DNA from: Pseudovirgaria hyperparasitica
Lineage: Eukaryota
NCBI GenBank assembly: GCA_010093815.1
Contig: ML996578.1
Reading direction: 5' to 3' (one strand)
DNA length: 64,000 nt
The translations under genes were made by a program, and so were the position numbers. A model generated the notes under the pieces. The model was given only the letters and a program-made list of their open reading frames with translations. It did not search any database and was not told the DNA's origin. Positions 37,199 to 48,007 of this stretch are shown here, piece after piece. Each line of letters starts with the position of its first letter. Position 1 is the stretch's first letter.

Positions 37199-38977
37199 TC
37201 ACTGAGGCTGATTTGCACCTTTGTGGTCTGATGGCCATTGTCCTGCAAATCGCGTCGGGAACGGATCGTATGAAACCACTCGTCTTGGAGACAATGCGGC
37301 CGAATGTGTGACACTAGTTGGTCTGGGATGCTGAAGTTGGATGGGAGGCAGGTTTTGAACAGTGTTTGGTGCGGACATCGGGGGTGTCTTGTCCCTAGAC
37401 AAGCCTTGGCCTGGCATCGGGGCTGGATAGGGAGAGGTGCGCCGTCTGACATTCCGCTCGCCTTCACTTGGATGTTCCGAGGCTGTGTAAGGAGTCCTGA
37501 CCGAATCCTCGTCGGACATCGAACGCTGCGGTGACGGCCTGCTTCGTGGACGGTGGCAAGGTGACTCTGGTCGGTTCAATTCTATATGGGGTTGCAGTTG
37601 AAGTAGCTTCTCTCTCAAAGCGTTGCGCTCAGACCGGTAAAATTCAACGTCTTCATCACGCTCCTTCAACTCCTGCTCCAAGCGCGTGATTGTTACGGAA
37701 GCCTCTTTCTCTCTTTCCTTCCTGCGCTGACGAAACCGAGCAGATGCACCAGCGTTCCGCTTTCGCTTCTCGTCTGCCTGTCTGGAGCCTGCCTGAACTT
37801 CGACGGGTATCTGTATAGCGCCCTGTTGGGTTGTGTAGGTAAGAAGTTGGTAATTACTCTGTGCAGTCGAGACAACTGGGACTCCATAGGGGTTGCTGTC
37901 TTGAGGTATGCTGTGCCGAGGACCTCTTTGGTTGGCGCTGGATAGGATTGGGGTGCCGTATCTAGACGGTGGTAGACTTCCAGTAGATGGTCCTGCACTG
38001 GATGAATATGGTGTTGGGGCGTTTGTACCAGATGCTGCACTGCCAGGACGGACAATACCCATACTAGTCACGCGCTGTTGGTCAGCCATCGGGGCAGGAG
38101 GCGGTGTTGGCGCTGCACGACCAAAGTAATCGGCTCTTCCAAGAATGGCTGGTGGAGTAGCAACGGATGGGACATTGTTCGGCGCTGGTTGAAGAGGCGC
38201 CGGACGTGAGTCTCGCGGCCCGGTCGAGGCTATGAGTGGAAGAGGTACAAAAGGTGTGCTTCTGGCATCGATAGATCCCGTCTCTGGCTGGTTGAATATG
38301 AGACTCCGAGCTCGATGTATGCTAGGAGAACGTGGACTTAGGATACGCCTTGGTGGTCCAAGTCGCTGGTGTCCGTCGCCTTCGGGTTCACGGCTGGTGG
38401 TACGACTGAGAGATGGTAAGCTGAATGCGGATGATGAATCCGTTGGTGATGGGGATTCCATCTGTGCAGCGCTCCGTCTTCGGCCTTGTGCTGGTGGTGG
38501 CATGTCAGGTTGCGGGTTCAGAAGTGATCGCATACCCAGTGGACCACTGGATCTCGCCTCATAGGTCAGAGGAGATCCATCTGCAGTGTTCGACAGAGGC
38601 GTCAAAGTCCTGCCATGTGACTGTTCGTTCTGCGGCATAGATGTCACGATCCTCATAGGAGGGCGGATGGGTGAGGGCTGTGGCGTATCAGCATATCGGC
38701 CTTGATATCTCTGGTCATTGTGGGAATCGGATCGAGGACCTGACGTAGAGCCACTCTGACGCGGCATCAGGTCCTTTGAGTCGTGGCTCAGAGTAGGATA
38801 GCCCGACCATGGGCGTTTGTTCGCCGCGCTCGTAGGCTGGCGCGAATCCAGATCCTGGCGGTACGGTAGGTGATCGTACTCGTGCGTATGTGGAGGGGAC
38901 GGTGGTAGTCCGTGGGTAAAAGGGCTTTGATAGTGATGCAGATTATGGGCGGCCGACGGATCCAAAGTAGTAGCCAC
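37199..38977 (-). CDS. bZIP transcription factor with long P/S-rich disordered regions; start uncertain (first in-frame ATG at 38767)
   Basis: Basic region DEKRKRNAGASARFRQRRKEREKE followed by a zipper (ITRLEQELKERDEDVEFYRSERNALREKL), preceded by IQIPVEVQAGS. Long uninterrupted ORF. Confidence 0.9.
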   Translation of the reverse strand: MATTLDPSAAHNLHHYQSPFTHGLPPSPPHTHEYDHLPYRQDLDSRQPTSAANKRPWSGYPTLSHDSKDLMPRQSGSTSGPRSDSHNDQRYQGRYADTPQPSPIRPPMRIVTSMPQNEQSHGRTLTPLSNTADGSPLTYEARSSGPLGMRSLLNPQPDMPPPAQGRRRSAAQMESPSPTDSSSAFSLPSLSRTTSREPEGDGHQRLGPPRRILSPRSPSIHRARSLIFNQPETGSIDARSTPFVPLPLIASTGPRDSRPAPLQPAPNNVPSVATPPAILGRADYFGRAAPTPPPAPMADQQRVTSMGIVRPGSAASGTNAPTPYSSSAGPSTGSLPPSRYGTPILSSANQRGPRHSIPQDSNPYGVPVVSTAQSNYQLLTYTTQQGAIQIPVEVQAGSRQADEKRKRNAGASARFRQRRKEREKEASVTITRLEQELKERDEDVEFYRSERNALREKLLQLQPHIELNRPESPCHRPRSRPSPQRSMSDEDSVRTPYTASEHPSEGERNVRRRTSPYPAPMPGQGLSRDKTPPMSAPNTVQNLPPIQLQHPRPTSVTHSAALSPRRVVSYDPFPTRFAGQWPSDHKGANQPQ

Positions 38978-39415
38978 CTTGACGGTTGGATTGGGACGTT
39001 CTTCAACGACCCAATGAGACTTTTAGAGAGTCTTTGGTCTCGTGAAGGCAAGTGATGGGGTATCGAGACGAGAGCTGGACGTGAGAGCGGATCAAGATAT
39101 GAGTCCACACGGCTGGTCCAGACAGGGCGTAAGAGGAGTAGTATATGTCGTTACTTGTAGAGAGATCTAAGAACTATCGTCTGCAGTGACGATAGTGTGA
39201 TAGATGTAGGTGAGAGAGTACAGATGCATGGCAGAAGAGGAGAGGCTGCAGTTAAAGGGCACTTTGCGGTGAGTTGGCGTGTCTGGTAAGCTCAAACCGA
39301 ATCACACATCCGTCTAGGGCAAGCAGTGGCCCAGCACAAGCACAGCCGGCGTCGACCAACCGTCGCTTGTCGCAAGACGGTGCTGCCAGGATCTCCCCCT
39401 TGTCGTCCCCAGGAC

Positions 39416-39416
<1 letters not shown>

Positions 39417-39449
<33 letters not shown>
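39417..39449 (+). repeat. Poly-C homopolymer, 33 nt (poly-G on the bZIP sense strand)
   Basis: Counted directly. Confidence 0.9.
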
Positions 39450-41203
39450 TTTTGCTCGGTCAGGCCCCACTGTTGAGCTAGTCGATTCGCTCAAAGCTTG
39501 GCGTAAGACAGTATAGCAATGCGGCCCAAGTCCAGGTGACCCACAAGCAGCACCGGTAGCTAATGAGCATTCCTAACGCGGGAGCTAAAAATGGACGGCG
39601 ATAGGCTGAGAACAGTCCTGGGCCTGCCTCGTCTATCATATTTGGCCATGTACAATGTAGAAGACTGTATCTAGCATGTCGCGCAGCAGCTGTCGACAGC
39701 ACTTTGACATGCACATGCTCGAAGGTTGCTCCAAGGAGTATTAGACGCGTGAAATACTATGCTGGCGAGCTGATGGTCCGCCTGGGAAGATGGAAGAGCC
39801 AGAGGATCGCCTGGCGCGTGGCTGCTTCCCCTTAAGCCACCTTGAGGAGTGTGAGGCATAGGACGGATAGCCGGAGCTGATGTGACATCCTACGATAGAC
39901 GTCAATAACAGCTGTTATTCGAGTATACCTTTGTAGCCAGAAGGTTGGCCACGATATGCCTGTGGAATTATGACAGCGCCTGGAAGAAGCAGATCTGACG
40001 AGTCCACGAGCTAAGCAATACCGTGTTATGTATGTAACATTGGACACGGACACGGACACAGGCACGGCTCGTTTCTGGCGGCCGGCAAAGATGAAGCTGG
40101 TTGGCGATGATGCGCCTTGCTCTAGGGTGCCGATGCAGAGTTGGGAGTCGACGACAGGGAGTAACATAGTAGAGATGGTGGTGAAAGAAGGTTGTTCCCT
40201 GGTCCTGGAACGGACCGAGGACAAGCCGGCTCAGCTCCCTTGTCACAGTCGAAATGGCTATCACAGATGTCCATGAAAGGTCTGGAGACCAGGGAAGCAA
40301 GGTAGTAGGGCGTGTAAACGTTAAGATGGTAAATCTAGCACTGTCGAGGAGCATTGGTGCAAGCAACACCACTTCCCATGCTAAGGCTTCGCGAGTGTAT
40401 AGTTTGGACACTCTACCTACTGCTCTCACTCAACAGCACGCTTTCCACATCCCTGCTACGACCAGCACGACAGCGAGCACGCAAATTATCTACCACGTCT
40501 CGTCCAACAAGATTGCTGAGGAGCATGCAGCGCTGAGCGAGTTGTCTCCTCCAAGACCGTACAACAGCATCCGACTGCCTTCTTGGAGGGTGCACATCGA
40601 ATCTTCGAGAGAATTGGACGCCATCGACGGCCCTTCTGAAGATTAGCACCGGCCAGGATACATCAGGTGTTGATGATGTGTATCTGGTCCATGTCAAGGT
40701 CAACTTCGAGTCGAAGCAGTCATTTCACCAGCAAGACAAGGATACCCATCGCGACACTGCAAAATTGCCATGTCAGGCTCGCAGTGCAAGGGCGGCAGCA
40801 TCCACGTCTTACCGTTTACGCACATGATGCATCGCCAGACTAAACTATAATGCTGCACATAAAGATTTCTGTATGGCGGAGGCTTGTTGCCGTCCGCGAC
40901 CCGGCCCTCCAACCGCCAGCGAGCCAACGCACGACCGAAAACGTGTCCACCAACATGTAGACGCATCTTCTCCATACGTTGCACGCCTTTGCTGTCAGGG
41001 TCATCTTGGCGGATCATCGTGGTTGGTCGAGGATCGGACGAGGCAGACAACAGACACAGACAACAGCCTTGTGGACTTGGGGAGAAAGATACACTGGCAA
41101 CAACGGAGCGGACAAGCAGCGAGCGACATTATCATGTCAGAGGATTCAGAGCAGGGAAAGCTCGCATAGGAAGAAATGAATGCGACGACCGCTTCTGAAG
41201 TGA

Positions 41204-41252
41204 GCTGAGTTGCTGAGTTGCTGAGTCGCTGAGTCGCTGAGTCGCTGAGTCA
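41204..41252 (+). repeat. 8-bp tandem repeat (GCTGAGTY)x6 ending in TGAGTCA
   Basis: Read directly: gctgagtt gctgagtt gctgagtc gctgagtc gctgagtc gctgagtc a. Confidence 0.85.
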
Positions 41253-44200
41253 CTGGGCACGATTGCTGACGCCATGGTCGCTGCGAATGCGTCAGACTCG
41301 CATCCATCAGAGGTCATGTGCCAGCCAGCCAGCCAGTCGGTGCATGCACACTCTGCCGCAAGGATGTAGATGTGGATGTGGTGTCGATGAGTTGTGTGTT
41401 GTGCGTTGTGCCGCCATACATGCCGCCATGCATGCCGCATCGGCCTCTTCATCACCATCAAACCATTATCATGAATAGTGGAGTAAAGTCACGACAGATA
41501 GAACCAGTATCTATGGCAACCTGCAACTTTGTCAACGTTGTGCAACAGAATAATACGATCTCCTGGAGCCCTGGAGCCTTGGAGCCAAGCGAAGGGCGGC
41601 GTGCACATGTACTATAGTATGCAGCTCCGCAGACAACGCTCACGCCATGGATAAATTCTACGAATAATGGAGCCGAGAGAATTTTCCTATTGGCTGATTA
41701 TTCTGGCGCATGTCCCAATTTGGTCGGCGGAGGCGCCCGCCGCTTAGAAAATGAGACATTCACCGTCTAAGGAGGAGTGTGACGAAGCCAGGGATGATCG
41801 GATGGACGAAGAGGAACAGCCTGAGGGGGGCAGACGGCATCAGAGAATTGGACAGAGGGACGATTCCTGGCGGCAGCAAGGGGTGTCTGCTACTGGACCG
41901 CCCAGCCTACACAACCCGCGGCGGGTGTTCATGTTGTGGCTTGCACATCGCAAATTGCCAGATCAATATCAATGCCAGCAACGTGGTGGTGCTGATAGTG
42001 CACAGGGCGACGACGGATGCAGGTAAAGATGCTGATGGGCATTAGACCAAATTCGTTGCTGACAATGTCGAGTCCAACGGCAACGGCAAAACGGCATGCA
42101 GTACTCCGCCCCCGGAGGTAAGACAAGACCACGGCATCCTCACACGCTCGCCAACATGACGCCAAAAGGCAGACGCCTAAGAGCCATCACGCAATGCTGG
42201 CTCTATCGGCCCTCTGCACTCTCAGCCAGTCACTCGCATCGACATCGTGCCCACCGCCTTTGAGTTGAGACGCAGGACTGGGACGGAGGATGCCATCTCT
42301 GTGGTCCCGCCATCTGGAGATCGAGAACATTTGAAACACCACAACCCACAACAACACGAACATTAACAACAACATCAACACTACAGGCACACTTTTACGC
42401 TTCTCAGAACGCAGCGATTGGCCAACGATGCCCAGAGACTGGTGGCTAATGTCTACTGGTGGTGGCTACTGCACTATACTGGCTTTGGCCCCAGCTCCGT
42501 CCACCGCCCACTCTGTCGGGACAAGGGAGCGAGGGTAAGTAGCCCCATGCACTGGAGCTGGGACGCCAAATCGCCCCAGCGGTGTGGGTGAGAGCGTGGG
42601 CTGCGTGGGCTGTTGCGTGGGCTGGATAGGTAGCATGTGTGGGCATATGTCCTCCTCGAACCTCCACCTCCTCCAGGCCGTTTCTGCGCACTAAATGTAT
42701 ACACTGTACCTTTCGTCATCAATCACGGCTCCAGATTCTTGCTTTCCAAAATTGCTGTCGGATCGGGTCCGCAGGCCTTCCTGACCCGGTCGGAAGATTC
42801 GCTGCATGTCCACGCAAATTGCGCAAAAGCGTCCAACTATCCCCAGAAAGCGGCGTCGTGCATCGGATACCCTTTCCAGTTCGAGTTTTAAACACGTGCC
42901 ATTGCCATCATGTCGTGTGACAAGTGACATGAGGCTTGCTCAAGTAGAACAAGCAACATCCGACAGAGGGTTTCAGACGTCGTACTGGAGATACCAGCCT
43001 ACGCGCAACTCAGCAAGATGTAACTGTCTCGCCCGCCCCTATAACCACAAGCGTAGCTCTATTGTAGTCGTGTGAGGCTTGGAATGCATTTATTTGCATT
43101 GCACGGGAAACCACGCGAGCTGGGGCAGGCCCGGTGATTCCTCTAGGCTCGGCTCGCTCGGCCATATCGCTCAGAACAGTAAACCCGTCTCTAGGAGCTT
43201 TGCCACGAGTGTTTTACCATTTACGAATCTGCCGGACAAGATTCTAATGCGTTCTTCTGCCTTACTTACAAAGCAGGGAAACGTCCCGGCTATACCATTC
43301 CTGGCACTAAGCACTTCATGGCGTCGTTATGACGCTTGCGTTGACTCGTGGAGCTTTGCATCATTTCATCACTGATCGTCTATTCCCCGTCAGGGCCTAG
43401 TTTAAATGACCGAAATACCACTAACGAGCTGTGGGTGTGTGGCCGATCAAGATCAACACTGACCAAGGATCCATCTCCTGAGTCCTGATAGTGGAAATGG
43501 GTCGCCCAAGCCTCAAGGTCGCCAGTCACAAGGGGAATCGTGAGTCCTGAGTCCTGAGTCCCGCGCGATACTACCCACACCGCTGGGTCGGCGTCCACAG
43601 CGTGTTAGACATGTTAGCCATATCCACATCATGCATGAGGAACCATCCGCGGTACTGGCTTTGTTCTCCAGTAAGCAAGGGACTTCTGCAGAGTCATTCT
43701 TACGAGTCTCTGCTATGGAGCCTCGTGATCCATCCGGCATTGAGCATTCAAGACAACCTCGCATTCTGACAATGACCAGCGTCCGTTGCAAAGGACCGAA
43801 CCGGACCCGAACCATGCGAGGTATTTGCCAGCGGCCCAGACCCAGACCTAGAAGCATAGATTTTGAGCCGAAGGAACAGTCTTGTCGCGACGGCGCAATG
43901 GGGAAAGGGGAAGCCATCCATCCATGGCTTAGATCCAGTCCATTGGGTCTCTTTATCTGAGACACTAGAACAAGGAACCGCGCAGAAGACTTCACACAGG
44001 ATCATGGCCCTATACTTTGATGTACCGTTCTGGGTAATTGCATATTTCGCACAAACGTTTTTGCGAGCGACGCTGACTATAATGAATGAGTACATTGATG
44101 ATGAGCGGGAAAAGCAAGTCGACTTCGGCGCGTACCGCAATACACGGCAGACAACAAGTCAACCGTCGAGCGTCGACCATCTCAGTGGAGAAATTCACTA

Positions 44201-46831
44201 GCAGCCCACTTCTTCGCCTGCGAGAGATTGGTTCATTCTCCCTCAAATTGCGACTAAACACGCAAGCTGATGGTGCACATTGCTCCGTGGATACCGATCG
44301 ACTCTTCCCAGGCTAGCATTGGAATGCTCGCATACTATTGAACTGTCCCTGATAGCTGAGAGCTGAGAGCTGAGAGGTGCAATCGTTAGTACGTTCGCGC
44401 AGACTACTGCAGTTGCTGAGCAGTGGATGTATTCGATTCGGTACATAGATGATGGATCCATACCATAATACCCCACACGCCCCACGGCCTCGTTACATTA
44501 TACTGCACGCTGCACGCTACCTATATAAGGCAGGGCATGCGCGCTATTAATTACCCAAGCCATCTTTCAGGCCCCAAGGCTTCGTCTACATGTAGGTACG
44601 ACAGTGGGGCTTACAGATGTCATTGTGCTCTGCAGTTGTTCAGCCCTCCTGTCTCCCATTGCCCAGATCACAAAGCATCGTGAGCTAGCTGAACGTCCAA
44701 TAGACTACCGCAAATCCTCATTATTGCTATGCAGCCACAAAAGGCTGCACAGATACTATCGTCACAAACTTCCCCATGCAGTCTCGCGCTCGCGCTGGTT
44801 ATCACGAGGCTAGATCTGGTAGGCTGGAGTGCTCAAGATCTCAACGATTCGGGTCTTGGGAGGGGAAAGGATGGACTTCAGGTCGGCTGATGTATCCCTA
44901 GAGCCTTGATCAACCGCAACGTCCGGTCGGCCGCCGGGATGCGAGAGTGCCTATCAACGCCAGACTAGAAGCACTCCGTGGCGCTGATAGAACGAAGATG
45001 AGGGAGGACCAGCCGGGATGCGCTGCGTCCCACTGGATGATGGAGTCGTTTCGCTAGAACAGCGGAACGGCAACCCGCTATTACTAGTACAACTATTACT
45101 ATTACTCTTCGTCTTGGTGGGGGTCCATATCACACTACAATGGGAAGGGCACAGGCATCAGTGATCTCGCCAATAGCCTTCCCTTCCTTTTGCCTATGGA
45201 TCTGCATCATCTGAAGACCGTCTTATTCCTCAATGACCCAAGGCCAAGGTTCGCGGTCGCTCGCCTTCAGAATCTGCACGCAGAAGCAGGGGGTGGTCGA
45301 TGTGGAGAGCTTCACACAGGTGGGCTGGCAGGCTGCATCTAGTATCTAGTTGAAGATGGATGATGGTGCATGGACGGGGGAAGGGGTATGGGCAGACGTT
45401 CTCTTTGGAGGCGGAAGCTGAAGAGCTCAAGGGTGAGATATGCATCGTGATAGCCTGATAGGTGAGATGGGTTGATGAGCTCCAGTCAGCCGTGTCTGAC
45501 TCTATCTATCGTGCCGTTTGAAGAAGTGGTCAGGAAGATCCGGAGATGGCTGGGCCGCGTTCTTTTTAAGGTTTGGCGACCGTAACTCTGGGGTACCTAG
45601 GTAGCGGCATCGGCATGCAGGGACAATGCCTTTAGCCAAGTGGGTGCATCATCCACAATCCTCCATGAGGCCGATCAAAGTGCCTCAAAAAGGAATTCGA
45701 CCATTGTGGGGGATATGCACGCGTCGTAACTCGCAAGCCTACTGTGGCTTCAAAAGCATGATACTTAGCACCCCCTACTGGTCACTGGATGCACGGATAC
45801 CACCATCAATATTGTGTAGGGGCTAGTCCACGCTTTGGACAAGTGTTGCGGCGCTTCACTGCCCGATGAGCACGCGAGCCTTCTAGATCCCATGCGAACA
45901 AAAGCAGCGATACGGATCGTCATTTCAATATCGCGTGCGATGCAGCAAAGACCCTCGAAGGCCCTTGCGGCCGAGGTGATGATGGGATATGCTTGCGAGA
46001 GTGCAATCTGAGGAAAGGGGTGATAGAGGGAAGAGGAAGAGGAAGGATCAAAGAAGCCAAGAGTAAAAGCATATTGATAGATTGAATTGCCTTGATTGAA
46101 TATTATCATGAATCCGTCTGTCTGTCTGTCAACAAAGGACAACACGCTACATCTCAGCATTCAGGTTTGTGGACGTTCTATTTCCGCGTGGACCTACCGT
46201 CTTGGTTGTTTTCTCATATTCTGCTATCCGGATGGTCTTTTCCTTAGATAATTAATCTGTACTTCTCTGCTTCTGTCTCTTCTGCCTGTCTCCGTGCCAA
46301 TTCGAGACAGTGGGCAACACTCCTCCATATATATACGCCTTGTTGCGCGGGCCGCCTCTCCGTAGACTTCGCCCCTCGAGTTGAATTATTCAATCATATC
46401 ATCCTACCACTATGAAGTAATAAATGAGGGTAACACGAGTGAACTGCTCATTTACTCCTATGATATTGATATGATTCTCTCCAGTACCTGTTTCCAAAAG
46501 TACATTGACCCCGCCGCCCCTCACTCACTGGAAGCTCAGGTATCACCCATTGTTTGCAAGTAGAGTCAAGATGTCACAGAACATACCTACGCCTTTGGCC
46601 TCTTTCTTTGTTAATATTTGGTTATCTGTCCTTCATTATCTGTGATTAATGAATTTGTTCGTTATACCTACTCTACCCAAACTGGACCTCTGTCAGAGAG
46701 CTTCTACGTCACTGTCAGGAACAAAGCTCTGAGCTCCCAGCTCCTGTCCCCACTTTCTGGAGAAGCTCATTTACGCACCGCCAGTCTCATACCTTCGATC
46801 ATCACCTGAACAAGCAGAGCATACAAAGACA

Positions 46832-48007
46832 ATGGCTGACATCAAAGTGTATCAGGTCGACGAGGTCGGTCTTTCATCTATGTCAACCCGCGCAGCGTAG
46901 CACTAATACGTTTGCAGCCGTACCTGAAGCTCAACTGCAGCCTCGGCGAAGCTCCTCACTGGGAGGAGAAACACAATTCCTTACGATTCGTCGATTTGAT
47001 CAAGCGACAAGTCCACTATATCGATCTTGAGAAGGGTCCGGACTCTCATAGAGTACAGCAGCTGGTCTTCTCAATCGGGTTCGTTGCCACAAAACGATTC
47101 CGGGTCACTCCGATACTAACAAGGGTATCGCAGTATCACAGGCGATATCGACGGTGATGATGAGCGGTTTGTGTTTGCAGGCAAGCATGGCTACGGCATT
47201 GTAAACCGAATTACTGGTGACTGGAAATACATCAAGCTTGCATGGAGTGATGAGGACTTCAACTCCGGGAAGGATCAATGGTACGATGAGCTTCTTGGAG
47301 GAACTGGAAATGATGCTGACTTTGGCTGTTCATAGGTTCCGGGCTAATGATGGCGGTATCGATTCCGAAGGGCGATTCTGGGCATCATGGATGAACGATC
47401 AACTGATCAAGCGACCAAGTGCTGAAGGTAGAAGCGAGACACTCATACCTAGTCCTCAGACTGACCTCTAGTAGCGGTCCTGATGCGTCTTGACCCTGAT
47501 CTATCTCTCTCGACCCACGTCACGGACCTCACGATACCGAACGGTACTCGATGGTCCCCGTCCAACACCACTCTCTATCTTGCCGACTCTCCGACCGGTC
47601 TGATTTCACAGCACGACTTCGACGCGAAGACAGGTGGTCTCTCCAACGAGCGTCCTTTTTACAAGATCGAAGACGATTCACTTCCAGGGGACGCTGTTCC
47701 CGACGGGCACTGCATCGATGTAGACGGAAACGTGTGGACCGCAGTTCATGGCCGTGGAAAGGTGCTTCAGATCAGTCCGGAAGGCAAGTTGCTGGCTGAA
47801 ATCAGACTACCGACCAGATGTGTGACTTGTCCAGTCTTCGTGGGCGACAATCTGTTTATAACGAGCATGAAAGATGAATCACCAGATGAAGGAGAGGGTT
47901 GGCAGAGAAGCAAAGAACTGGCTGGAAGTCTGTTCAAAGTGCACGTTGGTACAACTGGAATTAAGAGCTATAAATTCAAGCCGACTGTGGAACTGCCAAA
48001 GGTTTGA
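46832..48007 (+). CDS. SMP-30/gluconolactonase (regucalcin-like) beta-propeller protein, 5 exons
   Basis: LGEAPHWEE, RFRANDGGIDSEGRFW, TIPNGTRWSP..LYLADS, PDGHCIDVDGNVWTA, LPTRCVTCPVF. Four GT-AG introns are visible. Confidence 0.9.

Noticed and set aside
41204..41252. Tandem repeats considered as a CRISPR-like array
   Set aside because: No spacers, 7-15 bp units, and a eukaryotic context; these are simple micro/minisatellites.
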